A DNA stretch of 64,000 bases, from positions 33,294,001 to 33,358,000 of the forward strand of contig NC_079167.1 of NCBI RefSeq assembly GCF_947568905.1. The letters run 5' to 3'. Numbering within the stretch: position 1 is the stretch's first letter; each line of letters opens with the position of its first letter. This DNA is from Ostrea edulis. Lineage: Eukaryota. The translations under genes were made by a program, and so were the position numbers. Below, in pieces: positions 32,706 through 46,296 of this stretch. The notes below the pieces were generated by a model. It was not told the origin of the DNA, made no database searches, and saw only the letters and a program-made list of their open reading frames with translations.

Positions 32706-34039
32706 TATATATAAACATATATATTTTAAGTTAATTGCGGAAGGTTTTTACTTTAAATCTATCCGGGAATATAGTTGCCTACTATACACTTCGTGCATTA
32801 GTTGCCTACCATAACAGTCGCGCAGCTTGATAGAACTTTTGAATCTTGCAACATTGTGTTTGTAATTAATAAAGTTTTGAAATAAATAATTTCCTTTTTT
32901 ATGCATATTACTTGAGGAGGGGGTCATATTGAGTTGCACCTGTTGTTAAGTTGGTAGGTTGGTCAGTAGACCAAATTTCTGCTCAATATCTAGATATATC
33001 TAGAGAATGCTATGTTTATTAAACATCATACTTATTGCACTGTTACCCCATGAAAAGGAGTTGGCTCCAATTTTGTGGTCAAGAGTTAAAGTACTCTAAT
33101 CAGCAGTATTTGACTTATCCTGATATCTGATGCTTTCGGCCTCACAAAGGTAGAGGCGGGCATGTGGAAATTGAAGTACAAGCCCAAACGGCATGTAAAT
33201 TTAGAGGCTTAAACCTTTAGCGATGTACTTTTCCTTTTGATTCAAACGATCAATTTATTCATCAGATGTAACATTATGAAATAGCCAATTAAATAACACT
33301 GGTAACAATTAAAATGCACTGAAAAGTTCGATTAAGGACATACGCAATGTAGTTTTGAACTTTATTTTCTGTCATTTACGATTAGTAATAAAATTGAGAA
33401 CAGAAGATGTATTGTAGCTAAAGATGTGGAAAAATAGATTTCCTTTGGTGGGAAAAGGCAACTAATGTAAGTATTTGTTTGAGCTAATCTAATTAGTATA
33501 CATGCCTGCCCAAAGGGCATGTGCTGAAAAAAAAAATTGGCAAATCTTGTCCATTCAATATCCTGAGAACCATTTCCTTGAAAGACATCAAACTTGATAC
33601 ACTGGTTCCCTTGTAGAGTAAATGGCCCTGTTGATTTTGCGGTCATCAGATCAAAGGTTAAAAATCGAACTAAAAATGCAAAGATCTACACCCTTAAAAA
33701 TATCTTGAGTACCCTTTGCTCGACAGAGGTCAGACTTGATGCACTGGTTCCTTTCGGAGAAGATGACCATTGTAGCTAATAAAATCACAAAGACAAGGGT
33801 AAACTGAATAATAGGAATATATACAACTACTCAATACTTTAAGAACCCTTTGCTTGACAGACATGAAATTATTATGTATATTGGTTTTATTTAAGGAGTA
33901 AATAACCCTTTTCTTTATGATGTCTCAGACTTAGGTTTTTTAAAAAGGATTATTGATTGAACATAAAAATTCTTATATTTAAACACAAACCTAATTCAAA
34001 CATTGGAAGGTTGTTATATGATACTCAGGTGACCTATAA

Positions 34040-35505
34040 GGCCCCTTGGCCTCTTGTCTCTCTGTCCAGTCCTTTTTCTATCAGCCCTCTCACTCCTTTT
34101 CTATTCACATTTATCTATCTCCCTATCTTTCCCCATCTCCTCTCTCTTTCCCTATTTGTGTTTCCATATCCCATCCCCTATCCTTGTCTCCCTATTCCCA
34201 TCCCCTATCCTTGTCTCGCTACTCCCATCCCCTTTCTTTCACTATCCCTGTCCCCATTTCCCTGTCTCTTTTTCCCCATTCTCCTTTCTCTCTCTATCCA
34301 CTTTTCCCTGTCTCCCCATTTCCTTTTCTATCCTCTTTTCCCTGTCTCCCTATTCTCATCCCCTATCACTGTCTCCCTATTCCCATCCCCTATCCTTGTC
34401 TCCCTATTCCCATCCTCTATCCTTGTCTCCCTATTCTCATCCCCTATCCTTCTCTCCCTATTCTCATCCCCTATCCTTCTCTCCCTATTCTCATCCCCTT
34501 TCCTTGTCTCCTTATTCCCATCCTCTATCCTTGTCTCCCTATTCCCATCCCCTATCCTTGTCTCCCTATTCCCATCCCCTATCCTTGTCTCCCTATTCCC
34601 ATCCCCTATCCTTGTCTCCCTATTCTCATCCCCTACCACTGTCTCCCTATTCCTATCCCCTATACTTATCTCCCTATTCCCATCCCCTATCCTTCTCTCC
34701 CTATTCCCACCCCCTATCCTTGTCTCACTATTCTCAGCCCCATATCCTTGTCTCCCTATTCTCATCCCATATCCTTGTCTCCTTATTCCTATCCCCTTTC
34801 TCTCACTATCCCTGTTCCCATTTCCTTGTCTCTTGTCATTCTCCTCTCCCTCCCTATCCCCCTTTCCTCTCTTTATTCCCACCCCTTTCTCTCCCTTTGG
34901 ATCCCCTTTCTATTCTCATCTCTTTCTTTTTCTCACTGACCCTCCTTTCCCTCTCTTCTTATCCCCTTTCTCTATCTTCTTGTCCCCATTCTTCCTTTTC
35001 TTATCGTCTCTCCCTATCCCCTATCTCTCTTTCCCTATCCCCATTTCTCTCTTTCCCTTTCCCATCTCTTTTTTAAAACCCCTTTTCACCCCCTCCCCAT
35101 TACCCTGTCTCTATTCCCATCTCCTTCTTCTCTCTCCGTATCCCATTTCTTCCTATTCTCATCCCATTACTTCCCCTCTCCTTTCTCCTGTTCTTATCCC
35201 CATTGCCTGTCTCCCTATTCCCAACTCTTTTCTCTTCATTCCAACCCCTCTTCTCTATCCCTGTCTCTATCACCTCGCTAACTGCCCCGTCCCCATTTCC
35301 CTGTTTTTATCCCTTTTCTCTCCTTATCCCCACTTCTCTGTTTCCTTATACCCATCACCTTTCTTTTTCTCTCTTAATCCCCATCTTATGACAATACACA
35401 CACTTTCCCTATCCTCCTTCCACTTTTTCTCTCTATCCCTATCTACCTTTTCCTATTCTCCATCCATTTCCCTCTATCCATATCCTCCTTTTCTTCCCCC
35501 TTCTA
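34040..35505. repeat. ~1.5-kb C/T-rich low-complexity tract with a 27-bp core repeat
   Basis: Unit cctatccttgtctccctattcccatcc; the strand is strongly pyrimidine-biased. The long ORFs here are by-products. Confidence 0.92.
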
Positions 35506-35589
35506 TGATTAGAATCGTTAGTAATACTATCTGTCTCTAGAAGCCCAGGGCTGCGTTCAAGATCATAGCAGCTAGCCTAGGGATTAGGT

Positions 35590-35704
35590 GTTATTTTGAG
35601 GCGAAAAGACAACAAAACGATGCTAGTATATATCACATTTTCGTCCAGAAATAACGAAAAGACGACAAAATGATAATATTAGTTACTTTTCGCCTCAAAA
35701 TAAC
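35590..35704. other. 19-bp perfect inverted repeat with a 77-bp spacer (small MITE-like)
   Basis: gttattttgaggcgaaaag ... cttttcgcctcaaaataac. Confidence 0.7.
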
Positions 35705-37510
35705 GGAAAGAAAACACATTGTAAAATGGCACAAATAGGCCACCATACCTGGCCGCGCAGCCCAGGACGTATGATGTAGTTTGCCTCGATTTCCTGGGTA
35801 TGGAGTTTTGAATGGTTTCGAAAACTCAATACCCCTACCCTTATAACGTCTTAATTTAAGGTAACAGTTTGAGAAACAAGTACTTGTGGTATGGATAAAG
35901 CTTTCAGTTATAACACTCTGAAATATATGAAGTGGTGGGGGTACTCCCTGTATTAGTAAATCAGCGACCCCAGTACAGCCTTGTTGCGGTTAACCTCAGG
36001 AGCGGGTGACGAACGTGGTGTCACAGTAGTATCAGAAGGTGCACACCTATTTCAATGGATTGGCCTTGGTGATAAGTACTATCTATATTGTATAAATAGT
36101 GATAAAGAGGCACGGTGCTGACGTACTACAGCAAAAATATGTCAACAACCAGCACACCCAAGGCTAGCAATACACATCACATACCTAACTCAAAAGGTTG
36201 ACATTGCTACTGCAAGCTAATGATACAATGGCGAATTCTTGGAGGAAAATGAGGAAACTCAGAACTTTTATCATCACACGATCACTCATCAAGAAACGCA
36301 AATAGAGCCTATCTGACTTGCTCATACCGCTAGGCTTGGTCCAACATTCCAACACGCCCTTAGTCCGTTAGTAGCATGGGTATATTCAACGTCATGCATG
36401 CAGTTGCGTTTCCGGAACCTTGACCTTCCTTGACTTGATTAAACTTGCGATCTCTACTCCATTCTCACCTGATCGAGATGATCCTCTTTAACAGGATCGG
36501 CCTGAAATCCACTGGTCAATAAGTTTATGTAATACTGTAATCAGATAATCTGTTATCAAAATCTTATTCAAGTGCAATCCCACGAACCTTATCTAACTTT
36601 GTAAATATGCACTGGATTACTCAAGAATGACAATTTAATAGAATCTTTTTTATGGTTACCTTGACCTTGTACGGAAGTATCGTACGAGCAGCGTGGAAGT
36701 ATACTGAACAGTACATGCTGTGACTGTTTTATTATTTTATCCTTGTCCACGAAACTTGAGTTTTCTCTCCCCAAGCTTACCTATAGTTAAAATAAAGTTA
36801 GTCATGAAATACGAATATTTAGAAATTTATGCGTAGAAATCATTTCAGTGGATAAAACTATGATATATTTTAAACTTTTCAGTTAATTTAAATTACATTA
36901 CCCTTGAAGGTTTCAAGCTGGTAAGGTTTCAAGGTGTTCGTCGACTGAGAGGCCGAGCCGCCGAAAGAAGGAGCAGACGAACATGGCTTGAAAAGAAGAA
37001 GATAAATTGGTATCCTACAAGTATCATATACTTGGCAGCGAATAACGTATCAATTTTGGGATATGAGATGCCATATCGCAGTGAAAGAGGCCACTGGCCC
37101 AATGAGCGTTAATTGTTATGATAGATATACCTTTGTTGTAAAATTTTAAAACCTATTTATACAAAACTTGACCCGAAGTGTAGTGCTTAAAGCAAGAGTT
37201 TGTTTTTCCCTTCTAAACGTTTTTGATTAACATTTTCACAAAACTGCAAAGTTTAAATCTTAAAGGGGATAAGCTGTCATTTTGTCATCAAAAATTGATT
37301 TCAATGAAAATTGCTTTATATTATATATTTCAGTAATAACACCAGTATTTAATGATTTCAAACACTTTTGATCCTTAAAGCAGGCACATGGCTATGTAAT
37401 TTTGGTGATTAAATAATTATTGTCTTGCAAGACAACAATTCTTCCTTATACATTTCTTTACACTAAAAGCGGTTATCTAACGTAATTTTATTTGGTTTCT
37501 CCTGTTTTTG

Positions 37511-37511
<1 letters not shown>

Positions 37512-37564
<53 letters not shown>
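37512..37564. repeat. (TA)n microsatellite
   Basis: Direct reading. Confidence 0.95.
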
Positions 37565-37568
<4 letters not shown>

Positions 37569-39074
37569 TGTATATACATGTATATTAGTTATTGATATAT
37601 ATTTCTTTGAGAAAAAAGGTAGCCATTACTTTCACAGCTAATGCCCCTTTAATCAAACTTGGCCTATCGACGGTTTTTTAGGTCACCTGAGTCACTTGTC
37701 TGAATTTGTTAGCCTATGTGAAGTTTTTATCCCCTTTAACAACGTTGCAAATGGTACAACCACTCATCATTAAAAGTGTCTATAAGTACGGAAAGAGTTG
37801 TGGACATTACCCTTACCATTAGCCCGGCATTGATGGTACCACCATTAATGGAACGCTCGATCGTTGCCGCCTGGCGATATTAGTAAGGTAAATAATGGCT
37901 GCCGTGTTTACCTTGCAGCGACGCAACGATAATGGAAAACATACAAAGAGCACCATTTCAGTGTTCGGTCTCACACTTCTGACATTGGTAGCAGATAGGG
38001 AAGAGAAAGATGCCTACTCATATTCTGTATCAAAAAGGTCGTAGGTCAAGGTCATGTTAAATACTTGAATTAAAGAGTGACAATCCTGTATTCAGTCTCA
38101 TACTGGATACAAAGAAGGCGGAGGGGAAGAGAAAGAGAGAGAGATGTCTATTCACTCTATTGACCTTTAGGTTAAAAGTGCATAGGTCAAGGTCATTGAC
38201 AGAAATCATTGTGGACTCATTTTGTCTTTCTTCCTGTTTGTGGAAATTGGGAAATGACTATGTCAGCAATAGGTCAGGAGCACATATTACAATGTTATGA
38301 ACGTAATAAAACCTTGGCCTAGAAACCGTAGGTGTGACGGAGAATATGCTTACAGATATGAGAGGGTGCTCTGCTTTGTGGTGCATGTCCTTGTAATATT
38401 AAATAAATTTTTAAAAAGTCCACTGCTAAGCAGCCTATGAGGGATTACAGGACAACCAGTTAAGCTTTGACACACCTACTGGTCTATTCAGATATTAGGT
38501 TCAGGTCACTATTCAATTCGGGCAGTAGGTCAGATGTCTTGCGGTTGGTTGTGCTGTATTTTAAGTTTATTTTAGCACAATGGCTTCTCTAGGTAAATTT
38601 AACATACCCTAGGTCAGGTCATGGTCATAAAGCCAATTCTTTTATTAATCAATATCTCCTGAACTATTCAAGATAAGGCATTCATATTTTGTATATAGAT
38701 TTATTATAACAAGGTATTTCATATCATACCATGATCATTGACCTTGTGACCTTGGTCTTATCCAGAACTGTAAGATCATATTAGTCATATTGGTGTTGAG
38801 GCATTTCTGTGTTATGTGAATTCAATTCCTTTTCAGTTATTTTGTGATCCTTTGGGGCTAGGTTGGGCCACAATATGGGGTCAAAATTGTTAATGGGAAT
38901 AAAGAATGATAAAAAAAATCTTTAGATTGTTAGAAATCTTTTCTTTAGAAAAATATGAACCTCTCATACCTTGGCTGCATCAACCTAAGACGTAAACATA
39001 AGTAAATTCTTTGTTTCATTTGACCTAGACACATTACATTTCATGTGTAGTGATTGCTTATTCACCAAATACAC

Positions 39075-39280
39075 GGCTCTTGGAAGTGAGACACGCGGGT
39101 CTTTCGAATGAGACCGTATTTATGAAAACTGAGGTCCTGTGTCGCGGCAAGCGTTGGCACGATAAAGAACTCTCACTGCTACGGCACTTAGCGCGATGCG
39201 TATAGGTCTAAATTTGTGGTATTTCACCTACAACTGGTGACGTCTCAGTATGAGTGAAAAAGGGACGTAAAACAAACAAA
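39075..39280 (+). mobile_element. SINE-like repeat, partial
   Basis: tttcgaatgagaccgt..gaggtcctgtgtcgc..ggcacgataaagaac core; tail acgtaaaacaaacaaa. Confidence 0.7.
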
Positions 39281-39294
39281 TTAGATACTTGGAC

Positions 39295-39957
39295 CTGAAT
39301 ATAGACTGAACTCTGTGATTATGGATTTATCAACACCTGAATATTGACTGAACTCTGTGATTATAGATTTATCAACACCTGAATATAGACTGAACTCTAT
39401 GATTATGGATATTTCAACACCTGAATATAGACTGAACTCTATGATTATGGATATTTCAACACCTGAATATAGACTGAACTCTATGATTATGGATATTTCA
39501 ACACCTGAATATAGACTGAACTCTATGATTATGGATTTATCAACACCTGAACATAGACTGAACTCTGTGATTATGGATTTATCAACACCTGAATATAGAC
39601 TGAACTCTGTGATTATGGATTTATCAACACCTGAATATAGACTGAACTCTATGATAATGGATTTATCAACACCTGAATATAGACTGAACTCTGTGATTAT
39701 GGATTTATCAACACCTGAATATAGACTGAACTCTATGATTATGGATATTTCAACACCTGAATATAGACTGAACTCTATGATTATGGATATTTCAACACCT
39801 GAATATAGACTGAACTCTATGATTATGGATTTTTCAACACCTGAATATAGACTGAACTCTATGATTATGGATATTTCAACACCTGAATATAGACTGAACT
39901 CTATGATTATGGATTTATCAACACCTGAATATAGACTGAACTCTATGATTATGGATG
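39295..39957 (+). repeat. 42-bp in-frame minisatellite x~16 (STPEYRLNSMIMD[L/I])
   Basis: ORF 39357-40052 reads through 14 units into PLE coding sequence. Confidence 0.95.
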
Positions 39958-40262
39958 TCGCCCATCACAGGCTCTTTAAACCAGCATGGACCATGGGTGA
40001 TATTTCTTCCAAATCATGCCGCCAGTTCCTTAAGCTCCAAACAAATGAATAGATGCCGTCAACATAAGCAACATTCTTCGCCATAAAAGAGTTCAGTCGT
40101 GTATTCCAACTTATTTTAAGTTCAAGTCTACACCCTGTATTTCCTACAGCTATACTTCTACTATTGCATCCAAACTTTTTTAATTATAAACAAACTTTGC
40201 AGTGCCTAGATATAGACCATCTTATACGTAACCCACCAACGTGTTCTTGATCTTCTTTCAAC

Positions 40263-41128
40263 TATAGTCCAGCTGAACATGTCATTATGGTGATGTTGAT
40301 ATATAGTCCAGCTGAACATGTCATTATGGTGATGTTGATATATAGTCCAGCTGAACATGTCATTATGGTGATGTTGATATATAGTCCAGCTGAACATGTC
40401 ATTATGGTGATGTTGATATATAGTCCAGCTGAACATGTCATTATGGTGATGTTGATATATAGTCCAGCTGAACATGTCATTATGGTGATGTTGATATATA
40501 GTCCAGCTGAACATGTCATTACTGGTGATGTTGATATATAGTCCAGCTGAACATGTCATTATGGTGATGTTGATATATAGTCCAGCTGAACATGTCATTA
40601 TGGTGATGTTGATATATAGTCCAGCTGAACATGTCATTATGGTGATGTTGATATATAGTCCAGCTGAACATGTCATTATGGTGATGTTGATATATAGTCC
40701 AGCTGAACATGTCATTATGGTGATGTTGATATATAGTCCAGCTGGACATGTCATTACTGGTGATGTTGATATATAGTCCAGCTGAACATGTCATTATGGT
40801 GATGTTGATATATAGTCCAGCTGGACATGTCATTATGGTGATGTTGATATATAGTCCAGCTGGACATGTCATTACTGGTGATGTTGATATATAGTCCAGC
40901 TGAACATGTCATTATGGTGATGTTGATATATAGTCCAGCTGGACATGTCATTACTGGTGATGTTGATATATAGTCCAGCTGAACATGTCATTATGGTGAT
41001 GTTGATATATAGTCCAGCTGGACATGTCATTACTGGTGATGTTGATATATAGTCCAGCTGAACATGTCATTATGGTGATGTTGATATATAGTCCAGCTGG
41101 ACATGTCATTACTGGTGATGTTGATATA
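40263..41128 (+). repeat. 39/40-bp minisatellite x~22 derived from the PLE YSPAGHVITGDVDI segment
   Basis: Units atatatagtccagctg(a/g)acatgtcatta(c)tggtgatgttg. Confidence 0.95.
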
Positions 41129-43063
41129 GTTGAAGATGAGGACCTCAAATCACTTATTCTAAAAAGTTCTAAATACAGAGAACCTCGGTCTTTTAATTGG
41201 CGACAGAACTTCATCATCTATTATGAATTCTGTCGAAGATTATGCCAGACGATGGGGTAAATATGAAAAAGAAGAACTTGATACATTGTCAGAATGGATT
41301 AAAAGCATAAGAGGAATATTAAAATCCCGCATTCGACATATGAAAACAAAAGTAGGTACCATCTATCCTTCTGTGTTTAGTAAACCAGAAGTGATAAAAG
41401 AATTAAATAGGTTACATGAGGAATAATATGTTTTGATTCCAGCTGACAAAGCTTGTAAAACATTGTCTTTGTTTGTAAGGCTCATTATTACAACTGTATT
41501 TTCAACGAACTTCGCATTAATTCCACTTTTGGTAATCGTACTTATACTCCAACTGCCCTTTCAAGAGATGAAATTCTTTAAAACCATGCTTCAGTTTTAG
41601 ACACATTTAATATCCCAGTCAATGGGTCGAATGAATATGAGTTACCTTACCTATACTGGATTCCTAAACTACATAAAACCCCTTACAAAGATACATTGCT
41701 GGATCCAGTAAGTGCTCTACCAAGCCCCTATCTTTGCTCCTCACGAAAATGTTAACAACTGTGAAGGAGAAACTTCAAACTTACTGTGCGACTACATATG
41801 CCAGAAGTGGTGTTAATCAAATGTGGATTCTAAAAAATTCTAAAGAACTTTTAGTAAACTTGAAATCGCAGAATTTTTCCCAAATCAATAACATTAAAAC
41901 CTATGACTTTTCAACACTATACACGACCATTCCTCACGATGAATTAAAGACTAGACTTTTTGATATCATAGACAGTTGCTTCTTCAACAAAAATGGAAAA
42001 CGGAAATATTCATATCTAGTGATCAGTCATTCAAAAACTTGCTTTGTTAAACACCACTCTGATTCCACGCACAAGTACTCTGAAGTTGAAATCAAAAATA
42101 TGCTAGAGTTCCTCATTGACAATATCTTCGTGGTCTTTGGTGATCAGGTCTTCCAACAGTCTGTTGGAATTCCCTTGGGCACGAATTGTGCTCCTTTGTT
42201 AGCTGACCTGTTTCTATATTCATATGAAGCAGGATTTATTCAAAAACTTCTACGTGAGAAGAAAAAATCTCTCGCTGTGGCCTTCAATTTGACATTTCGA
42301 TATATCGATGACGTTTTCTCTATTCACAATAATAACTTTCATTCATATATCGATTTGATATATCCCTGTGAGCTCGAAATAAAGGACACCACAAAGTCGT
42401 CCACTTCTGCTTCATACTTAGATATTTTATTGAAAGTAGACATTAACGTCAAACTGACAACTCAACTGTATGACAAACGGGATGATTTCAGCTTCTCCAT
42501 CGTCAACTTCCCATATTTATGTAGCAATAGTCCATTATCACCAGCATATGGTGTTTATATATCTCAACTGATTCGATGTGCAAGAGCTTGTTCTGCGTAT
42601 ACATGTAGTCAGTTTTTAAATCGAGGTAAGCTACTGACAAACAAGTTGATGGTACAGGGGTTTCAACAGTCTCGATTGAAGTCAGCATTTCGCAAATTCT
42701 ATGGTCGTTATAACGATCTAGTTCGTCAATACAACCTATCATTGGGTCAAATGCTGTCTGACGTGTTTCATACCGATTGTTAAGCCGTTCTTGGCACACT
42801 GATTTTGACTGCGGATAAATCCGTTGACCTGATCAGGATATAGAGCTCACGGCGGGTGTGACCGGTCAACAGGGAATGCTTACTCCTCCTAGGCACCTGA
42901 TCCCACCTCTGGCGTGTCCAGGGGTCCGTGTTTGCTCAACTATCTATTTTGTATTGCTTATAGGAGTTTTGAGATTGATCACTGTTCGTTATCTTCACCT
43001 TGCATACATTCTAATGAATACAATACTTTTTAGAATTGCAAGTCATAATTTTTTACCAAATGA

Positions 43064-43297
43064 TATTGTATGCTACAAACATTCACTGCTATTGTACGCT
43101 ACAAACATCCACTGCTATTGTATGCTACAAACATCCACTGCTATTGTATGCTACAAACATTCACTGCTATTGTATGCTACAAACATTCACTGCTATTGTA
43201 TGCTACAAACATTCACTGCTATTGTATGCTACAAACATCCGCTGCTATTGTATGCTACAAACATTCACTGCTATTGTATGCTACAAACATTCACTGC
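43064..43297. repeat. 26-bp minisatellite x9
   Basis: Unit tattgtatgctacaaacattcactgc. Confidence 0.93.
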
Positions 43298-43595
43298 TAT
43301 TTATAAGTCATCAACTGTTCATATCGGTTTATTATCAATGAGGGTTATTCATGTTATCAGAATGACCTGCACTCTTAATTTTTTGTTATTAGTATTGATA
43401 ATCAAATCATTCTATTCAAATTCTATCTTTAAAGAACAAAAATCACATAGCATGGAACACCGAAATTGATAATTGAATTCTCCTTGATAATTGATTTGAT
43501 ATGAGTACTGTTTACAGGGGACCCCCCACCCCCACCCCGGAAAGTGCCTTAGTCTTTATCACGGGATGTATATTATACAGAAGGATTGTATGGTT

Positions 43596-43860
43596 GATTG
43601 AATATTGTTTAACGTCCCTCTCAAGAATCTTGAAAAATCACTAATATGGAGACACCACCATTGCCGGTGAAGGGCTGCAAAATTTAGGCCTATCCTCGGC
43701 GTTTACGGCCCTTGGGCAGAGAGGGATCTTTATCGTGCCACACCTGCTGTGACACGGGGCCTCGGTTTTTGCGGTCTCATCCGAAGGACCGCCCCATTTT
43801 GTCGCCTCTTACGACAAGCAAAGGGTACTGAGGACCTATTTTAACCCGGATCCCCACGGG
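43596..43860 (-). mobile_element. SINE-like repeat, full family copy
   Basis: Reverse complement of the 62112-62375 family. Confidence 0.85.
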
Positions 43861-46296
43861 ATTATATAGAAGGAAGACTGAATAATTACAACACGTGTCA
43901 TCGGTGGGGATCCGTTGAAATCATTGTGATAAGATCCAGGGGGCGGAGGTTGTCAGGACACCCCCGGAATATTTGTCATGTACTGTCATAGGTGTTTTCT
44001 ATAACGAAGCCAAAACGCATTTTGTTTGGGGGATCTAGATCCGACCTCGTTACATATGCTAATATTTTTAGATTGGATTTTTAAAAACTGCTTTGTTAAA
44101 CAGATTATCCATGCATTGCACTTTTGAATTACAAACATGCATCAAATATCATTAGATATATTTTGTGGCGTGATCACCGCTGTAGGAGACGGGTATGTAC
44201 TAAAAAGTGCACAGCATGGCCATGTGGTTATAGGAGTGCCCAAAATACACTTAGGTGATACATAGTTGTTTGTTTTCATCAAATGTAGACCAAAAATAAG
44301 GCCCCACTGAAACTTCCTGGATCCGTCCCTGATAATAATTGTGCTCCCATAAGACATTCCATTAACGGGGGTGGGAGTGGAGTGAAGGTATCAAGTATCG
44401 GGGTCAAGAGGGGATGGGGTGGTGGGGGTGGAGAGTGGGGTGGCTTGGAGCTCTTGGATCCAGCAAAGTGAAATGCAAGATACGTTTGAAGACGCTTTGA
44501 TGGTTTTGTTCTGTCAGATATAGTGAAAGGAACATATAAAGCTGTTTATACCCGCGGAAAATCCGTAGGAGTAGGAATTTTCTTAAATGAATAAATCTTT
44601 TTTTTTTTTTTTTTTTTTTATCATGCAATGAATATGTTTATGTTATAATCTACATGTGTTATCTAATGATTTCAGTATCGATTAAGATGCTTTGTATTCT
44701 TCTTCTCTGCTGGCCCTAACGCTGTATCGTCAAATCATCAGCGTAGATGTGATATCATTTCCCCCAACTCTATTTATTTTTGGCAGAAAAACAATTAATT
44801 TTGCACCAAAAAAAAAAAAAAATATATATATTTAGTGGCATACTAGTATGCGATATGTCCTTCGATTTCAACGTTGAACCATGTGTGTACTTTCATGGAA
44901 ATTAAATGTATTTTCAACGTTGTCAATGCCATTTTATGAAATTTCTATGTAGGTATATATTCAGTGAAGGAATCTAGCTATATAGGCCGGATTCTATTGC
45001 GATTTCTGTTGTTCATGGTCCCATATAGCTTCACTAGCACATAATTCCACGTGCGTTTTGTGATGCAGTAAACATCCTGTTTTTGTTTTTGAGAGGTGTT
45101 TCGCAATTTTCTTACTACTGAAATTATAATGCAGCTTGGGAAATGTGACCTAGAATTTTAATTTATGTTCTATATATTTAGTTGATATTTTGATAAACGA
45201 ATTCCATTTGATTAGAGCTTGTGATACCGGGTCACGTGTGAGGACGCCATCCCAGATGTAAACATTGTTGATTGAAAATATGGTTATATTTGTACTATAA
45301 TGATGTGATTGCGCAATGATTTGTAAATATCAATATAACGATGAGTATTATTTTTGAATTTGTTGCTGCAAAAATCCTACATGGGAGAAAATAGTGTCGT
45401 TCGTTCACATGGTTTGCGCTCAAAGGGGATGGGAATATGTTGACGACACATGTGTTTAATACACTCGTCTTAATTCATGAAATATTTTTTTCCCCCAAAA
45501 ATAAATTTCTAATTCGTTTGATTCATGAATGTACATATATTTTCATTATAATTGTTTAAAAAAGAAAACTAATCTTGAGTATATTTTACAGAATAAGAAT
45601 GGTTAAATATATTATACAGGTATTAACATTCCCAAAACACGTTCAGATTTCAAAACAAAAAACATGCACGAAGTGGCTCCTGGGCTTGGTATGTTTTAAA
45701 TTGTACACTTAGTTCACAATTATTTAGGTTAGGTCAGACACACTCACTGGTCAATAACAGTTGTGAGATATACTGAGATAAATATATATGTTATCTTCCA
45801 TAACCTAAATTTCCGTAAACAAAACTTTATATATAAATGTTTCAAATACTTTGTCGGAAAATACAGTGTATTCGTAAGATTAAATGAATATTTTTCAGTA
45901 TATGCCATTGAGAAAAAAAAGAAGATTTTTAAAGGATTATATAGTTTATCGCAACTGTTCAGTTTTCCGACGAAATTAACCCTACACACTTGAATAAAAA
46001 CAAACAAACAAACATGGGAATAAAATCCCCAATTTTGATGTAAATAGCGATGGTACGATTCGGAACATTCAATAGGTTATTTGCGTCACTAGGGGTACAA
46101 ATTATGATGCGATACTCGTCCGAGGAGCATGCGACACCGATGGAATGATTCGATTGGTCAATTCTCTTGATTGACAAGGTCACCACTCCCATGGAGTAGG
46201 TAAAGAATGGTATAATAATGGTCCAAAAATGTTTTTTTTAGCAGATGGATATATAACCCTTTCCGTAATTAATAGTAGAAACCTTTTCCGTTGACG

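Larger units (their letters stand above)
39295..43005 (+). mobile_element. Penelope-like element (Naiad-type), copy 2: linker (CxC region), RT and 3'UTR; 5'-truncated, with stops, frameshifts and two internal minisatellite expansions
   Basis: Continuous ORF remnants: DVAHHRLFKP, IDAVNISNILRHKRVQSCIPTYF..PCISYSYT, PPTCS*SSFNYSPAGHVITGDVDI, KYREPRSFNW, YVLIPADKA, LPYLYWIPKLHK, IAGSSKCSTKPLS, then RT ORF 41734-42783. The 3'UTR matches copy 1. Confidence 0.88.

Noticed and set aside
33957-35540. Long ORFs of 527, 340, 297 and 184 aa
   Set aside because: They result from stop-poor C/T low-complexity repeat; overlapping frames are all open; no domain or splice support.
36000-36780. GC-richer stretch with hydrophobic fragments, possible pseudogene
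   Set aside because: Multiple stops in all frames and no motif I can identify.
39295-41128. Regular ~40-bp repeat arrays as CRISPR arrays
   Set aside because: The units are head-to-tail with no unique spacers, no cas genes are present, the context is eukaryotic, and the units derive from the PLE ORF.
43036-43469. Repeat-containing ORFs of 203, 101 and 78 aa
   Set aside because: They are read-through of the PLE 3'UTR and the 26-bp minisatellite.
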